From the NCBI GenBank assembly GCA_963667255.1, contig OY762940.1:800001-864000 (forward strand): a DNA stretch of 64,000 bases, read 5' to 3'. A model generated the notes under the pieces. It was not told the DNA's origin and did no database searches. It saw nothing but the letters and a program-made list of their open reading frames with translations. Shown here piece after piece: positions 1 to 10,633 of this stretch. A program made the translations under genes and the position numbers. This DNA is from Candidatus Cloacimonadota bacterium (GTDB lineage Bacteria > Cloacimonadota > Cloacimonadia > G963667145). Position 1 is the stretch's first letter. Each line of letters starts with the position of its first letter.

Positions 1-373
1 CCGCAGAACTTTCCCAACTCCAGTCAATTGGTAGGTCTCCTATCAGCAGACTGTTACGAAATTGGGGTTGCAAACTTTTTGGCATCGGATGCACTCCGAG
101 CCCGCATTGTCCGGTAATCTCCGTGGTAATTCCTTGCTGAATTTTGGAGTGTAACAAATCGTCTGTAAAATATGCCAAATCGTAGTGCGAATGGGAATCT
201 ATGAACCCCGGAGTAAGATAATTTCCTTTCAAATCGAAAGTTATGTCATCTTGGAGCTTAATATTCTTCTCGATTTTTTCTATCAACTCATCCACTATCA
301 GCAAATCGGAAAGATAGGGAGGAGTTACGCCGTCGCCATTGATGATGTTAGCATTCTTTATTAAAATTTTCAT
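1..373 (-). CDS. N-acyl-D-amino-acid deacylase-like amidohydrolase (5' part; runs off window start)
   Basis: Manual translation from ATG at 373: MKILIKNANIINGDG...LTPGFIDSHSHYD...QQGITTEITGQCG, showing the amidohydrolase HxH motif and the GITTE.xGxCG motif of D-aminoacylases. Not in the ORF track because it is truncated. Confidence 0.8.
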   Translation of the reverse strand, partial: MKILIKNANIINGDGVTPPYLSDLLIVDELIEKIEKNIKLQDDITFDLKGNYLTPGFIDSHSHYDLAYFTDDLLHSKIQQGITTEITGQCGLGVHPMPKSLQPQFRNSLLIGDLPIDWSWESSA

Positions 374-506
374 AATTGCACTAAATTTTTCATTCACAAA
401 ATCGCAAGAAATAAGAGAAAATTTATTTTGTAAAAGATTTAACAAAATTCGTAATTAATTTGACATCAATTTTTAAATAAAGTAGATTGACACAATTTAA
501 AATTTA

Positions 507-1757
507 ATGGAGGAAATTATGAGTGATGTAGAAAAGCATAGTCATGATTATGCATTGGAAAAAGTTCCCGGTGATGCAAAACGGGGCTTTTGGTCTTTAT
601 TGGTGGTTATGCTGGGGTTTACTTTTTTCTCAGCAAGTATGTGGGCAGGAGGAAGTTTAGGAACACAATTAACCCTAGGCAATTTTTTCATCGTGGTTTT
701 TTGTGGTAATTTAATCTTGGGTCTTTATACGGGATTGTTGGCTAATATTGCCGGTAAAACCGGATTGAGCACTCACCTTTTGGCTCATTACTCTTACGGA
801 ACTTCAGGCTCTTATTTGGCTTCTTTCTTGCTTGCTTTTACTCAAATCGGTTGGTTTGGAGTGGGAGTGGCTATGTTCGCTTTGCCTGTGCAGAAGGTAA
901 CCGGCTTGAATATCTATTTGTTGGTTATTTTGTCAGGGGCTTTGATGACATGCACCGCTTATATTGGGTTTAAGGCGTTAACAGCTCTCAGTTTTGTGGC
1001 TGTTCCTGCCATTACCATTTTGGGGTTGATGTCTGTTTCTAAGGCTACTGCTTCTGCAGGAGGATTTGGAGCATTGGCTGCTTTGGTGCCAGACAATAGT
1101 ATGTCTATGTTTTTGGCAATTTCCGCTTGTGTCGGCTCTTTCATTTCAGGAGGAACTTTGACACCGGATTTCACCAGATTTGCTAAGTCTTCCAAGATAG
1201 GTGTGTCTACCACGGTTATCGCATTTTTCATCGGAAACACTTTGATGTTTCTTTTTGGTGCTGTGGGTGCTATGGCTACCGGAAATTCCGATATTTCAGA
1301 GGTTTTGTTTAGTCAAGGTCTTATAGTTGCCGGAATTATTATTCTCGGATTTAATATTTGGACTACTAACGATAACGCTCTCTATGCTTCTGGTTTGGGC
1401 TTGTCCAACATTACCAAATTGCCGAAAGATAAGCTGGTTATTTTTATAGGTGCTTTGGGGACTTTTACAGCTATTTGGCTTTATAACAATTTCGTTGGCT
1501 GGCTCAGTTTCCTTAGTGTTGCAGTTCCTTCTATCGGTGCTATTATTATCACTGATTTCTATTTTGTGAAAAAAGGCAAATATCAAGAATACACCGAAGC
1601 AAATCATAAGAATATTCATTGGGCTGCTATAATTGCTTGGGTAATCGGATTTTTAGCTGCCAAATATTTGCCGGGTATTCCGCCGATTAACGGAATCTTG
1701 GCTGCCGGTATCAGTTATTTTATCGGTTGCAAAATGGAAGCGAAGAGCGAAGCTTAA
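507..1757 (+). CDS. codB: Cytosine permease (NCS1 family)
   Basis: Multi-TM protein with GFTFFSASMWAG, QIGWFGVG and NIWTTNDN motifs, adjacent to cytosine deaminase. The true start may be ATG 519, after GGAGG. Confidence 0.9.
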   Translation: MEEIMSDVEKHSHDYALEKVPGDAKRGFWSLLVVMLGFTFFSASMWAGGSLGTQLTLGNFFIVVFCGNLILGLYTGLLANIAGKTGLSTHLLAHYSYGTSGSYLASFLLAFTQIGWFGVGVAMFALPVQKVTGLNIYLLVILSGALMTCTAYIGFKALTALSFVAVPAITILGLMSVSKATASAGGFGALAALVPDNSMSMFLAISACVGSFISGGTLTPDFTRFAKSSKIGVSTTVIAFFIGNTLMFLFGAVGAMATGNSDISEVLFSQGLIVAGIIILGFNIWTTNDNALYASGLGLSNITKLPKDKLVIFIGALGTFTAIWLYNNFVGWLSFLSVAVPSIGAIIITDFYFVKKGKYQEYTEANHKNIHWAAIIAWVIGFLAAKYLPGIPPINGILAAGISYFIGCKMEAKSEA

Positions 1758-1781
1758 ACTTGTATGTGAATTTTATTAGAT

Positions 1782-1825
1782 TGAACCGACTTTGCCATGG
1801 TTAGCGGGGTCGGTTCATGTTTTTT
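1782..1825 (+). terminator. Terminator-like hairpin between codB and codA
   Basis: tgaaccgac-tttgc...gcggg-gtcggttca stem followed by tgtttttt. Confidence 0.5.
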
Positions 1826-1839
1826 GAAGGATATTAAAG

Positions 1840-3099
1840 ATGTTGGTAAAAAATATAAAATTACAAGATAGAGAAGAATTGTGGCAAATTTTGATAAGAA
1901 ATGGGAAGATAGCCAAAATAGCTGAAAATATTGATGATAAAGATGATGAGATAATAGACGGTCGTGGCAATTTAGCATGGTCTCCTCTGATAGAGCCACA
2001 TGTTCACTTGGACACTACACTCACTGCCGGACAACCCAGATGGAATCTATCTGGAACTCTTTTTGAAGGGATAGAGAGATGGTCGGAGAGAAAAAAAACT
2101 TTGAGCGAAAAAGATGTGATGGATAGGGCGAAAAAAGCTATCTCTTGGCAAGTTGCAGGTGGTATTCAGCATATCAGAACTCATGTTGACACCACTGACC
2201 CCGAGTTGACAGCTGTAAAAGCCTTGGTGAAAGTCAGGGAAGAGTTGAAAGACATTATTGATTTGCAGATTGTCGCTTTTCCTCAAGAGGGAATATTGTC
2301 GTATCCGAACGGATTGGATTTGCTGAAGAAGGCGATTGATTTGGGAGCTGATGTCATAGGTGCTATTCCTCATTTTGAGTTTACTCGGGAGTATGGTGTG
2401 GAATCTATTAAACAAATTATGGCGTTGGCAAAAGAGACAGGCTTGTTGGTTGATGTGCATTGTGACGAAATTGACGACGAACAGTCTAGATTTGTGGAAG
2501 TTTTGGCTACCAAGGCTCTGGAATATGGTATTGGCGATAAAGTTACTGCAAGTCATACCACGGCGATGCATTCATATAATAACGCCTATACTTATAAACT
2601 GTTCAGACTCCTTAAAATGTCAGGAATAAATTTTATTTCCAATCCGCTGGTCAATATTCATCTTCAAGGTAGATTTGATAATTATCCCAAAAGAAGAGGT
2701 CTGACGAGAGTGCCGGAGATGATAGATGCGGGCATCAATGTTTGTTTTGGGCATGACGATATTTTCGATCCTTGGTATCCTCTCGGAACAGGCAATATGT
2801 TGCAAGTTCTGCATATGGGATTGCACGCTACACAGATGATGGGCTATGAGCAATTGTGCAAGGGGTTAGACTTGATTTCTACCAATAGTGCCAAGACCTT
2901 ATCTCTAAAAGAGTATGGTATCAAAGAAGGCAATAATGCAAATTTCATTATTTTCAGCGAAGACAACTCTTACGATGTTCTCAGATTGCAGGCTAAGGTG
3001 GCCTATTCCATAAGGAAAGGAAAAGTTATTTCAAGATGTGAACCTTTTGCTACTTATGTAAATTTAGGCGAGGGAGAAAAAATAGTAGATTATAAGTAA
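1840..3099 (+). CDS. codA: Cytosine deaminase
   Basis: [23 protein letters not shown] and [13 protein letters not shown] motifs as in bacterial CodA. Confidence 0.95.
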   Translation: MLVKNIKLQDREELWQILIRNGKIAKIAENIDDKDDEIIDGRGNLAWSPLIEPHVHLDTTLTAGQPRWNLSGTLFEGIERWSERKKTLSEKDVMDRAKKAISWQVAGGIQHIRTHVDTTDPELTAVKALVKVREELKDIIDLQIVAFPQEGILSYPNGLDLLKKAIDLGADVIGAIPHFEFTREYGVESIKQIMALAKETGLLVDVHCDEIDDEQSRFVEVLATKALEYGIGDKVTASHTTAMHSYNNAYTYKLFRLLKMSGINFISNPLVNIHLQGRFDNYPKRRGLTRVPEMIDAGINVCFGHDDIFDPWYPLGTGNMLQVLHMGLHATQMMGYEQLCKGLDLISTNSAKTLSLKEYGIKEGNNANFIIFSEDNSYDVLRLQAKVAYSIRKGKVISRCEPFATYVNLGEGEKIVDYK

Positions 3100-3230
3100 G
3101 CGTTATAACTCCATAGATTTGTATTAATTTAAAAAAATTGTTGACGGCTCGGGTCAGATAAAAAAAATCTAAAAACTTTTTTCTGAACGAGCTGTTTTCG
3201 TTAAAATCATATAGAAGCAAGGAGAGAAAT

Positions 3231-4802
3231 ATGGAGCAGAGTTTTGGGTGGTTGGCTATATTGCCACCTTTGATTGCCATCGGTTTGGCAATTTGGAAAA
3301 GGGAAGTCGTTATATCGCTTCTTTTGGGGACATTTGTTGGTGTGACCATCATCAATGGTTGGAATCCAGTCAAAGGTTTATTGGAAACCTTTAGCACATA
3401 CATCGTCGGCAAATCTTTGGCTGACGCATGGAATGTTGGTGTGATTCTTTTTTGTTTGGCTATCGGAGGTATGATAGGCATTATCAGTAAAACTGGAGGC
3501 ACCAAGGCTATCGCCGATGCACTTACCAGTAAAGCTGCTGATACTCGTTCTACTATGCTTGCTACTTTTTTGATGACTTTGGCAATCTTTTTTGATGACT
3601 ATGCAAACTCTTTGCTTGTGGGCAATACGATGCGTCCTATCTCCGATAGTCAAAATATATCGCGAGAGAAATTTTCCTACATCATCGATACAGGTGCCGC
3701 CAGTGCATCATCTATTGCACCTATTTCCACTTGGATAGCTATGGAAATCGGGCTCATCGCTACAGCTTTTCAGGCTCTCGGCATCAAAGCAAATCCGATG
3801 ATTATTTTTTTTCAAACAATTCCGTTTAGGTTTTATTCTTTATTAGCCTTGTGTTTTGCCTTTATGATTATTTTCCTCAGAAGAGATTTCGGACCTATGT
3901 TGGAGGCAGAGTTGCGAGCCAGACGCACAGGCAAAGTGAATAGAGACGGTGCCGATCCTATCGTTACAGAGGACAAATCGCTGTTGCCGGACGAAGGTGT
4001 CGTGGGGACAATTTATGACATGCTTCTTCCTTTGCTCGTCTTTTTGTTCGTTACCATCGTTGGTCTTTGGTATAATGGCGGTGGTATGGAAAAGAGTATC
4101 AAAGACGCTTTTGGTGATGCCGATGCCTCAGTAGTGCTTACTTGGGGAGCGTTCATCAGTTCTATCGCTATTATTATCAAAGGAGTTATCAACAAAAAAT
4201 TCTCGTTGAAAGAGGCAGTCGATTCTTGGGTTGCCGGCGTGAAAACTATGTTGATGGCTTGTATCGTGCTTTGTCTTGCTTTTGCTCTCAAAGCCGTAAT
4301 CGATGAAATGGGTTTGTCAACCTGGATAGTGGAGAGTTTGAGAAATATTTTGTCGGGACACTTGGTGCCGGCTCTTACATTTGTGGTTGCCGCCTTCATC
4401 GCTACTGCCACGGGAACTTCTTGGGGAACTTGTGCCATTTTGATGCCGATTGCCATTCCTATCTCTGTTGGCTTTGCTGAAATCAGCGGAGGCAGTGAAT
4501 TGGGAATAATCGTGATTGCCACAATTGCTTCTGTTCTTACCGGCTCTGTGATGGGAGACCATTGCTCGCCAATCTCGGATACGACCATCTTGTCTTCTAC
4601 TGGAGCAGGTGCAGACCACATCGACCATGTTCGCACGCAGATGCCTTACGCCATAGTTGTTGCTGTTTTGGCTTTTGTTTTGTTTATTTTTGCCGGATAC
4701 GGATTAAATCCATTCATTTGTCTGCTGATAGGTGCTGTCTCGGTTTTCGCAATTATTAGATTTGTGGGAACTAAATACAACGACAAAGGCGAAATTTTAT
4801 AA
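3231..4802 (+). CDS. Na+/H+ antiporter NhaC-family (amino-acid/ion) transporter
   Basis: IFFDDYAN, ATGTSWGT and GDHCSPISDTTILSSTGAG motifs. Confidence 0.85.
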   Translation: MEQSFGWLAILPPLIAIGLAIWKREVVISLLLGTFVGVTIINGWNPVKGLLETFSTYIVGKSLADAWNVGVILFCLAIGGMIGIISKTGGTKAIADALTSKAADTRSTMLATFLMTLAIFFDDYANSLLVGNTMRPISDSQNISREKFSYIIDTGAASASSIAPISTWIAMEIGLIATAFQALGIKANPMIIFFQTIPFRFYSLLALCFAFMIIFLRRDFGPMLEAELRARRTGKVNRDGADPIVTEDKSLLPDEGVVGTIYDMLLPLLVFLFVTIVGLWYNGGGMEKSIKDAFGDADASVVLTWGAFISSIAIIIKGVINKKFSLKEAVDSWVAGVKTMLMACIVLCLAFALKAVIDEMGLSTWIVESLRNILSGHLVPALTFVVAAFIATATGTSWGTCAILMPIAIPISVGFAEISGGSELGIIVIATIASVLTGSVMGDHCSPISDTTILSSTGAGADHIDHVRTQMPYAIVVAVLAFVLFIFAGYGLNPFICLLIGAVSVFAIIRFVGTKYNDKGEIL

Positions 4803-4823
4803 TTTAGAGAGTTTGAATTTTTT

Positions 4824-4858
4824 AAAAGAGTTCGGAAATTTTCGGACTCTTTTTGTTT
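4824..4858 (+). terminator. Rho-independent terminator
   Basis: aaaagagttcgg...tcggactctttt hairpin followed by a T tract. Confidence 0.6.
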
Positions 4859-4983
4859 ATTTGGAGCAAAATAGTAAATTCTCTGAATAAAAATTATGAA
4901 GCACAAAAAAAAAGAAAAAGTATTGGACATTATATACTTTCCTTTATTTTTGCAACACTAGAGAAATTATTGGAAGGTTTTAT

Positions 4984-6414
4984 ATGTCTGAAACTAATGC
5001 AACACAAGAGTTTTCAAAGCTTTTTGAGGAGTCTGTAAAGGACTTGGTAAGTTATAGTAGAGGAGACCAAGTCTCCGGTGAAATAATCAAAATTTCAGGG
5101 GGAAGCATTGTGGTCTCTCTCAAAGCTAGACAAGATGCTTTTGCCGATATTATTGAATATCAAAACAAAAATGGCGTGCTTGAATATAAGGTTGGGGACA
5201 TTTTGGAAGGGTTTGTTTTGAGGGTTGATGAAAATGTTATTGAGATTGGCAAAGCTCTCAGCAGTGACCATGCGGCGAATATGAAAATTACCGAGGCGAG
5301 AGAAAGCAATCTTCCTGTTTTGGGTAAAGTTGTGAAAGCCGTTAAAGGCGGATTTTTGGTTTCCGCATTGGATAAAACCGGATTTTGTCCCTATTCTCAT
5401 CTATCTTTGACTCGGATTGAGGACGAAAAAGATTTCGTTGGAAAGTCGTTTGAGTTTGAGATTATCAAGTTTGAAGATGGTGGCAAAGATTTTGTTCTCT
5501 CTAGAAAAGAGATTCTTCTCAAAAAAGCTGAAGCTGAGAAAAAAGCTGCTTTGGAAAAACTTTCCGTAGGCGATGTTGTCAAAGGCAAGGTTGAGAGCAT
5601 AAAAAATTATGGTGCTTTTCTTAATATTGGTGGCATTAGCGGGTTTTTGCATATCAGTAATATCTCTTGGAATAAAATTTCCCATCCTTCAAAAGTGCTG
5701 AAACAAGGCGAAAGTGTGGATGCCAAGATTATTGGGATAAAAGGCGACAAGATTGAACTTAGCATCAAAGATTTAACTATTGACCCGATGCTTGAGGCTG
5801 TGAACAACTATAAGGAAGGCGATGTTGTTTCTTGCAAAGTTGTGCAAAACACCAAGTTTGGCTCTTTTGTGGAGTTGTTTGAAGGTGTTCAAGGTTTAAT
5901 TCCTATTTCCGAGCTTTCTTGGGGTAAAAGAATTAAGAAAGCGGAAGAGGTTTTAAAGGTTGGTGACACGGTTGAAGCACAGATTATGGGTGTGGATATT
6001 GACAAAAAGAAAATTTCGCTCTCTTTCAAAAACTTGAAGGAAAATCCGTGGCAAAAAATTGAAGAGTTTGCTGTTGAGGGTGAGCCAGTCAAGGGCATTA
6101 TAGAAGGTGTTGCTAAGTTTGGTATCTTCGTGGAGATTGTGGAAGGTGTAACTGGTTTGCTCCCTAACGACAAAATGAAAGCCGCAAAGCTTTTTTATGA
6201 CGAAAACGATATTGGCAAAGAGGTTACTTTGAAAGTTGAAAATATAGATAAAGTGAAGAGAAAACTTTCATTAGAGCCGGTTAATTTGCCTAAGGATTAT
6301 TTCGAAAAGAAGGAAAAGGGTGCCAGTGACAAAGGTTCCGCCAAAGATTGGAAGAAGTATGCTACGGCGTCTGCTCCCAAGGTTGACCCTGATAATCCTT
6401 TTTCAGATTTATAA
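4984..6414 (+). CDS. rpsA: 30S ribosomal protein S1 (multi-S1-domain protein)
   Basis: Repeated S1 domains (YGAF..GFLHIS.ISW; FGSFVEL..GVQGLIPISELSW). Confidence 0.85.
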   Translation: MSETNATQEFSKLFEESVKDLVSYSRGDQVSGEIIKISGGSIVVSLKARQDAFADIIEYQNKNGVLEYKVGDILEGFVLRVDENVIEIGKALSSDHAANMKITEARESNLPVLGKVVKAVKGGFLVSALDKTGFCPYSHLSLTRIEDEKDFVGKSFEFEIIKFEDGGKDFVLSRKEILLKKAEAEKKAALEKLSVGDVVKGKVESIKNYGAFLNIGGISGFLHISNISWNKISHPSKVLKQGESVDAKIIGIKGDKIELSIKDLTIDPMLEAVNNYKEGDVVSCKVVQNTKFGSFVELFEGVQGLIPISELSWGKRIKKAEEVLKVGDTVEAQIMGVDIDKKKISLSFKNLKENPWQKIEEFAVEGEPVKGIIEGVAKFGIFVEIVEGVTGLLPNDKMKAAKLFYDENDIGKEVTLKVENIDKVKRKLSLEPVNLPKDYFEKKEKGASDKGSAKDWKKYATASAPKVDPDNPFSDL

Positions 6415-6431
6415 TTTGCGAGTAGAGAATA

Positions 6432-7250
6432 TTGTCTGAACCGAAATCAAAAGGTGTTCTTTACTTGGTGGCGACTCCCATCGGGAATTTGCAAGATATT
6501 ACATTTAGAGCAATTAGCGTGTTGCAAGAGGCTGACTGGATTTTGGCTGAGGATACGCGTGTTACTGGAAAGTTGCTTGCAAAATACGAAATTACCACCA
6601 AGATGATTCCTTATCATAAGTTTAATTTGAAGAGACAGAGCAAAAAAGTTCTGTCTCTTTTAGCGTCAGGAAATAAGATTGCTTTGGTTTCTGATGCTGG
6701 AACTCCCATTGTTAGTGACCCCGGTGCTGAGTTGGTGAATTTGGCTGTTGATTTGGGCTGTGCTGTTGTGCCTATTCCCGGAGCTTGTGCCTTTCTCTCG
6801 GCATTTGTGGCAAGTGGATTTGAGAGCGGTGGTTTCTATTTTGTGGGTTTCTGTTCCAAATTTGAGAATAGATTATTGGAGATAGGCGTTCCTCTGATTT
6901 TTTATGAAGCTCCGCACAGGATTATCTCTTTTCTGAAAAAGCTTTTGGATTTTTTTGGGAATCGCAAAGTGGTCATTGCCCGAGAGTTGACTAAATTGCA
7001 CGAATCTTTTTATCGCGGGAATTTGGCAGATTTTGTTTCTAATAGCGAAGATATGATGATAAAAGGCGAATTTGTTGTTATCGTTGATGGCTGTAAAAAG
7101 ATAGAAAGCTATGATGATTCTTTTATTTTACGGGAATTGCAAGCCGAAATTGACAAAGGTCGTTCTCATAAAAAGGCGATTACGCTGGTGTGTGAGAAAT
7201 TTGATTTGAAAAAAAACAAAGTTTATTCCCTTAGTTTGCAGATAAAATAG
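6432..7250 (+). CDS. rsmI: 16S rRNA C1402 2'-O-methyltransferase
   Basis: LYLVATPIGNL.DIT.RA, AEDTR, VSDAGTP..SDPG and RELTKLHE motifs. Confidence 0.95.
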   Translation: MSEPKSKGVLYLVATPIGNLQDITFRAISVLQEADWILAEDTRVTGKLLAKYEITTKMIPYHKFNLKRQSKKVLSLLASGNKIALVSDAGTPIVSDPGAELVNLAVDLGCAVVPIPGACAFLSAFVASGFESGGFYFVGFCSKFENRLLEIGVPLIFYEAPHRIISFLKKLLDFFGNRKVVIARELTKLHESFYRGNLADFVSNSEDMMIKGEFVVIVDGCKKIESYDDSFILRELQAEIDKGRSHKKAITLVCEKFDLKKNKVYSLSLQIK

Positions 7251-7271
7251 TCTCAAAAAATTGCTTTTTTA

Positions 7272-8382
7272 GGGAGCGTGCATTTAATTGGGTCTAATTT
7301 CCACTCCTTTTGAATAATTATTGAACCAAATTTTCAAAAAATGATTCATATTTTTTTCAGATTTAAATCCGTCTAAATTTTTTAATTTCCTATTCAATTG
7401 TCGATTAATATTTTCAATTTTATTTGTTGTTTTATCCAAAAAATCGTAATGAAAATGAGCAGTTAATAAACCAAAGTTTCGATTAATTGATTTAATAAAA
7501 CGCTTATGAATTTTTAGGCGAAAAAATTTTTCATAGTGATTAAGCGAACTTAAATTATTTTCAGCTTCTTGTAAAGTTTCAGCATTTAAAATGCTCTTAA
7601 TCAAGTTCTTAAAGAAAATATTTCGTCTAAAAAACTTACTCTTTTTTGTTTTAGGAACATTGATATTAACGCTTCTTAAATAATGAACCAAGCAAATTTG
7701 ATGTGGAACATCTTCAAAAAGTTGGTTAACTGGCTTAACAAAGCACTTCCCTCGCCCAAAATCTGACACAATCCCAATTATTTTGTTGTCATACATTTTT
7801 TTTAGTCTATTCAAAAAGTCTTCAGATGAACTACTATGTTCTCTATCATAAATCTTGTAATATATTGGTTTATCAAGTAGTTTGCTACTGGCGACTAAGA
7901 CAACTTTTCGCTTACCGTTTATCTTAATTTCCTTGCCATCAATATAAATTGTTGTCTCATCTATATTGCTGTGTAACACATTATCCTGATATAAATTAGC
8001 TCGCTGAGGTATCCAATTAAGAGTACTATTTTTACAAATCCCATGTCTTTTAGCAACTTCAGAAAGAGAACTTTTGGTTGAAATATAGTCAGTAACAACC
8101 TTATCTTTGAATTTTGGTGCAAAATGAGTTCTCTTATTATATCCAAAATTGGTAAAACTTATTTGGCAATCTTTACAATAAAATCGTTGAGTTTTGACTT
8201 TAATTTTCCCACGATTAGTTGTTCTTTCAGAGAAAATATATCCCTTCTTTTTTGTGTTTAAGCTATCACAATTTGGACAGCGTTTTTTTTGATTATACTC
8301 ATGGCATTTTAATAAATGTTCATAACTTATTCTGTCAAACATAATTAGGTCTTATTTCAGACCCAGTTATTTGCACACTCCC
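7272..8382 (-). mobile_element. IS256-family insertion sequence, copy 1 (1111 bp)
   Basis: Imperfect terminal IRs GGGAGCGTGCATTTAATTGGGTCT / GGGAGTGTGCAAATAACTGGGTCT; 8-bp TSD CTTTTTTA (7264-7271, 8383-8390); near-identical copy at 55991-57101. Confidence 0.9.
7284..8342 (-). CDS. Transposase (Mutator/IS256-type DDE with N-terminal Zn ribbon and HTH)
   Basis: CPNC..CKDC; IYIDG, IVSD, HQICLVH and TTNKIENINR motifs. Confidence 0.88.
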   Translation of the reverse strand: MFDRISYEHLLKCHEYNQKKRCPNCDSLNTKKKGYIFSERTTNRGKIKVKTQRFYCKDCQISFTNFGYNKRTHFAPKFKDKVVTDYISTKSSLSEVAKRHGICKNSTLNWIPQRANLYQDNVLHSNIDETTIYIDGKEIKINGKRKVVLVASSKLLDKPIYYKIYDREHSSSSEDFLNRLKKMYDNKIIGIVSDFGRGKCFVKPVNQLFEDVPHQICLVHYLRSVNINVPKTKKSKFFRRNIFFKNLIKSILNAETLQEAENNLSSLNHYEKFFRLKIHKRFIKSINRNFGLLTAHFHYDFLDKTTNKIENINRQLNRKLKNLDGFKSEKNMNHFLKIWFNNYSKGVEIRPN

Positions 8383-8498
8383 CTTTTTTACGATTATTAA
8401 AAAACTGTTTTCAAAGAGAGAAAAAAGATTTGACAGCAAAACAGCCGAATATTTCTTAGACCAGAATTGATATTTGATAGAAGTGTGAAAAATTAGAT

Positions 8499-8583
8499 GG
8501 AGGATTAGTCTAATTGGTAAGGCAGCGGTCTTGAAAACCGCCGGGTTATGCCCTTGAGAGTTCGAGTCCCTCATCCTCCGCCA
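8499..8583 (+). tRNA. tRNA-Ser(UGA)
   Basis: Acceptor stem ggaggat/atcctcc, anticodon loop cttgaaa, variable arm, TTCGA, CCA. Confidence 0.9.
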
Positions 8584-8602
8584 TTTTTATAATTAATGTC
8601 GT

Positions 8603-8692
8603 GGAGAGATGACCGAGCGGCCGAAGGTGCACGCCTGCTAAGCGTGTGTAGGTTCACCCCTACCGAGGGTTCGAATCCCTCTCTCTCCGCCA
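8603..8692 (+). tRNA. tRNA-Ser(GCU)
   Basis: Anticodon arm cacgc-ctgctaa-gcgtg, long variable arm, CCA. Confidence 0.95.
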
Positions 8693-8728
8693 TTTAGTTT
8701 TAAAGTTTGATTTTTTAGAAAAGCAAGT

Positions 8729-8803
8729 TGGGCCGTCGTCAAGCGGTAAGACACATGGTTTTGGTCCATGCATTCGAGGGTTCGAATCCTTCCGGCCCAA
8801 CCA
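8729..8803 (+). tRNA. tRNA-Gln(UUG)
   Basis: Anticodon arm catgg-ttttggt-ccatg, TTCGAAT, CCA. Confidence 0.95.
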
Positions 8804-8837
8804 TTTGTCTTTTCGAGAAAATATTACCTCCTTTATT

Positions 8838-8913
8838 GGCGGGATAGCTCAGTTGGTAGAGCAGAGGCCTGAAAAGCCTTGTGTCCCCAGTTCAAGTCTG
8901 GGTCCTGCCACCA
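8838..8913 (+). tRNA. tRNA-Phe(GAA)
   Basis: Anticodon loop ctgaaaa, D-arm agctcagttggtagagc, CCA. Confidence 0.95.
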
Positions 8914-8917
8914 TTTT

Positions 8918-8953
8918 ATGCCACCTTTTTTTCCATAAGGTGGCATATTTTTT
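8918..8953 (+). terminator. Terminator-like hairpin inside tRNA cluster
   Basis: atgccacctt...aaggtggcat followed by atttttt. Confidence 0.55.
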
Positions 8954-8988
8954 AAAAAATAAAGGTATGTGTATCAGGTATCAATTTA

Positions 8989-9064
8989 GCCAATGTAGCT
9001 CAGCTGGTAGAGCCGCTGATTTGTAATCAGCTGGTCGGGGGTTCGAGTCCTCTCATTGGCTCCA
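8989..9064 (+). tRNA. tRNA-Thr(UGU)
   Basis: Anticodon loop tttgtaa, canonical arms, CCA. Confidence 0.95.
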
Positions 9065-9087
9065 TTTTTTTTACTATTTATAGATGT

Positions 9088-9172
9088 GGTGAGGTTCCCG
9101 AGCGGTCAAAGGGAACAGACTGTAAATCTGTCGGCGAAGCCTTCGAAGGTTCGAATCCTTCCCTCACCACCA
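9088..9172 (+). tRNA. tRNA-Tyr(GUA)
   Basis: acaga-ctgtaaa-tctgt, variable arm, CCA. Confidence 0.95.
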
Positions 9173-9192
9173 TTGTTTTTGAAATTATAAGA

Positions 9193-9269
9193 GCGGGAGT
9201 AGCTCAGCTGGCTAGAGCATTAGCCTTCCAAGCTAAGGGTCGCGAGTTCGAATCTCGTTTCCCGCTCCA
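9193..9269 (+). tRNA. tRNA-Gly(UCC)
   Basis: ttagc-cttccaa-gctaa, CCA. Confidence 0.95.
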
Positions 9270-9299
9270 TTTTTTTGTGTGTATTCATAAAAAATGCAG

Positions 9300-9375
<76 letters not shown>

Positions 9376-9420
9376 GTTTATGAAAAATTATTATTAAATT
9401 GCTTATTTATTAAGGAGGAA

Positions 9421-10608
9421 ATGATGGCAAAGGAAAAATTTGTCAGAACGAAACCCCATGTGAATGTGGGGACCATCGGTCATGTTGACCATGGTAAAAC
9501 TACCCTTACTGCTGCTATTACCAAGGTGCTTGCAGCTAAAGGACAAGCCAAATATACTGATTTTGGCTCTATCGATAACGCTCCAGAAGAGAGAGAAAGA
9601 GGTATTACTATCTCTACTGCTCATGTGGAGTATGAGTCTACAGCCAGACACTACGCACATGTTGACTGCCCTGGTCACGCCGACTACATCAAAAATATGA
9701 TTACCGGTGCTGCCCAAATGGACGGTGCTATTCTCGTTGTTTCTGCTGCTGACGGTCCAATGCCACAAACTCGTGAGCACATTCTTTTGGCTTACCAAGT
9801 TGGTGTGCCTGCGATGGTTGTGTTCCTTAATAAATGTGACCTTGTGGACGATGCTGAATTGTTGGAACTCGTGGAGATGGAAGTTAGAGAGCTTTTGACC
9901 TCTTACAAATTCCCGGGCGATGACATTCCTTTCATCCAAGGCTCTGCTCTTAAGGCTCTTGAAGATGACCCTGAAGGTATTGCTGCTATCGAGAAGTTGG
10001 TTGATACACTCGATTCTTACATTCCTGACCCTATCCACGATTTGGACAAGCCTTTCTTGTTGCCCGTTGAGGATGTGTTCTCTATCTCCGGTCGTGGCAC
10101 AGTTGCCACAGGTCGTGTAGAGACCGGCACTCTCAAGATTAACGACAAGTTGGAAAGAGTCGGTATCAAAGACACCATCGAAGTTGTCTGCACAGGTGTG
10201 GAGATGTTCCGCAAAATCTTGGATAGTGCTGAAGCTGGCGACAATGTTGGCGTGCTTCTTCGTGGTATCAAAAAAGACGAAATTGACAGAGGCATGGTGT
10301 TGGCTGCTCCCAAGAGCATCACTCCGCACAAAAAATTCGTTGGCGAGGTTTATGTGCTCAAAGCTGACGAAGGTGGTCGTCACAAACCTTTCTTCTCTGG
10401 ATATCGTCCTCAATTCTATTTTAGAACTACCGATGTTACCGGCACTCTTACTTTGCCCGAAGGCGTAGAAATGGTAATGCCAGGCGACAATGTGAAGATT
10501 AACGGAGAGTTGATAGTGCCTATCGCTATGGACAAAGGTCTTAGATTTGCTATCCGTGAAGGTGGTAGAACTATTGGTGCCGGAGTAATAGCCGAGATTC
10601 AAGAGTAA
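9421..10608 (+). CDS. tuf: Elongation factor Tu
   Basis: [26 protein letters not shown] and FAIREGGRT motifs; start may be 9424. Confidence 0.99.
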   Translation: MMAKEKFVRTKPHVNVGTIGHVDHGKTTLTAAITKVLAAKGQAKYTDFGSIDNAPEERERGITISTAHVEYESTARHYAHVDCPGHADYIKNMITGAAQMDGAILVVSAADGPMPQTREHILLAYQVGVPAMVVFLNKCDLVDDAELLELVEMEVRELLTSYKFPGDDIPFIQGSALKALEDDPEGIAAIEKLVDTLDSYIPDPIHDLDKPFLLPVEDVFSISGRGTVATGRVETGTLKINDKLERVGIKDTIEVVCTGVEMFRKILDSAEAGDNVGVLLRGIKKDEIDRGMVLAAPKSITPHKKFVGEVYVLKADEGGRHKPFFSGYRPQFYFRTTDVTGTLTLPEGVEMVMPGDNVKINGELIVPIAMDKGLRFAIREGGRTIGAGVIAEIQE

Positions 10609-10633
10609 AAAATTAACTATTTTGGAAGTTTAG

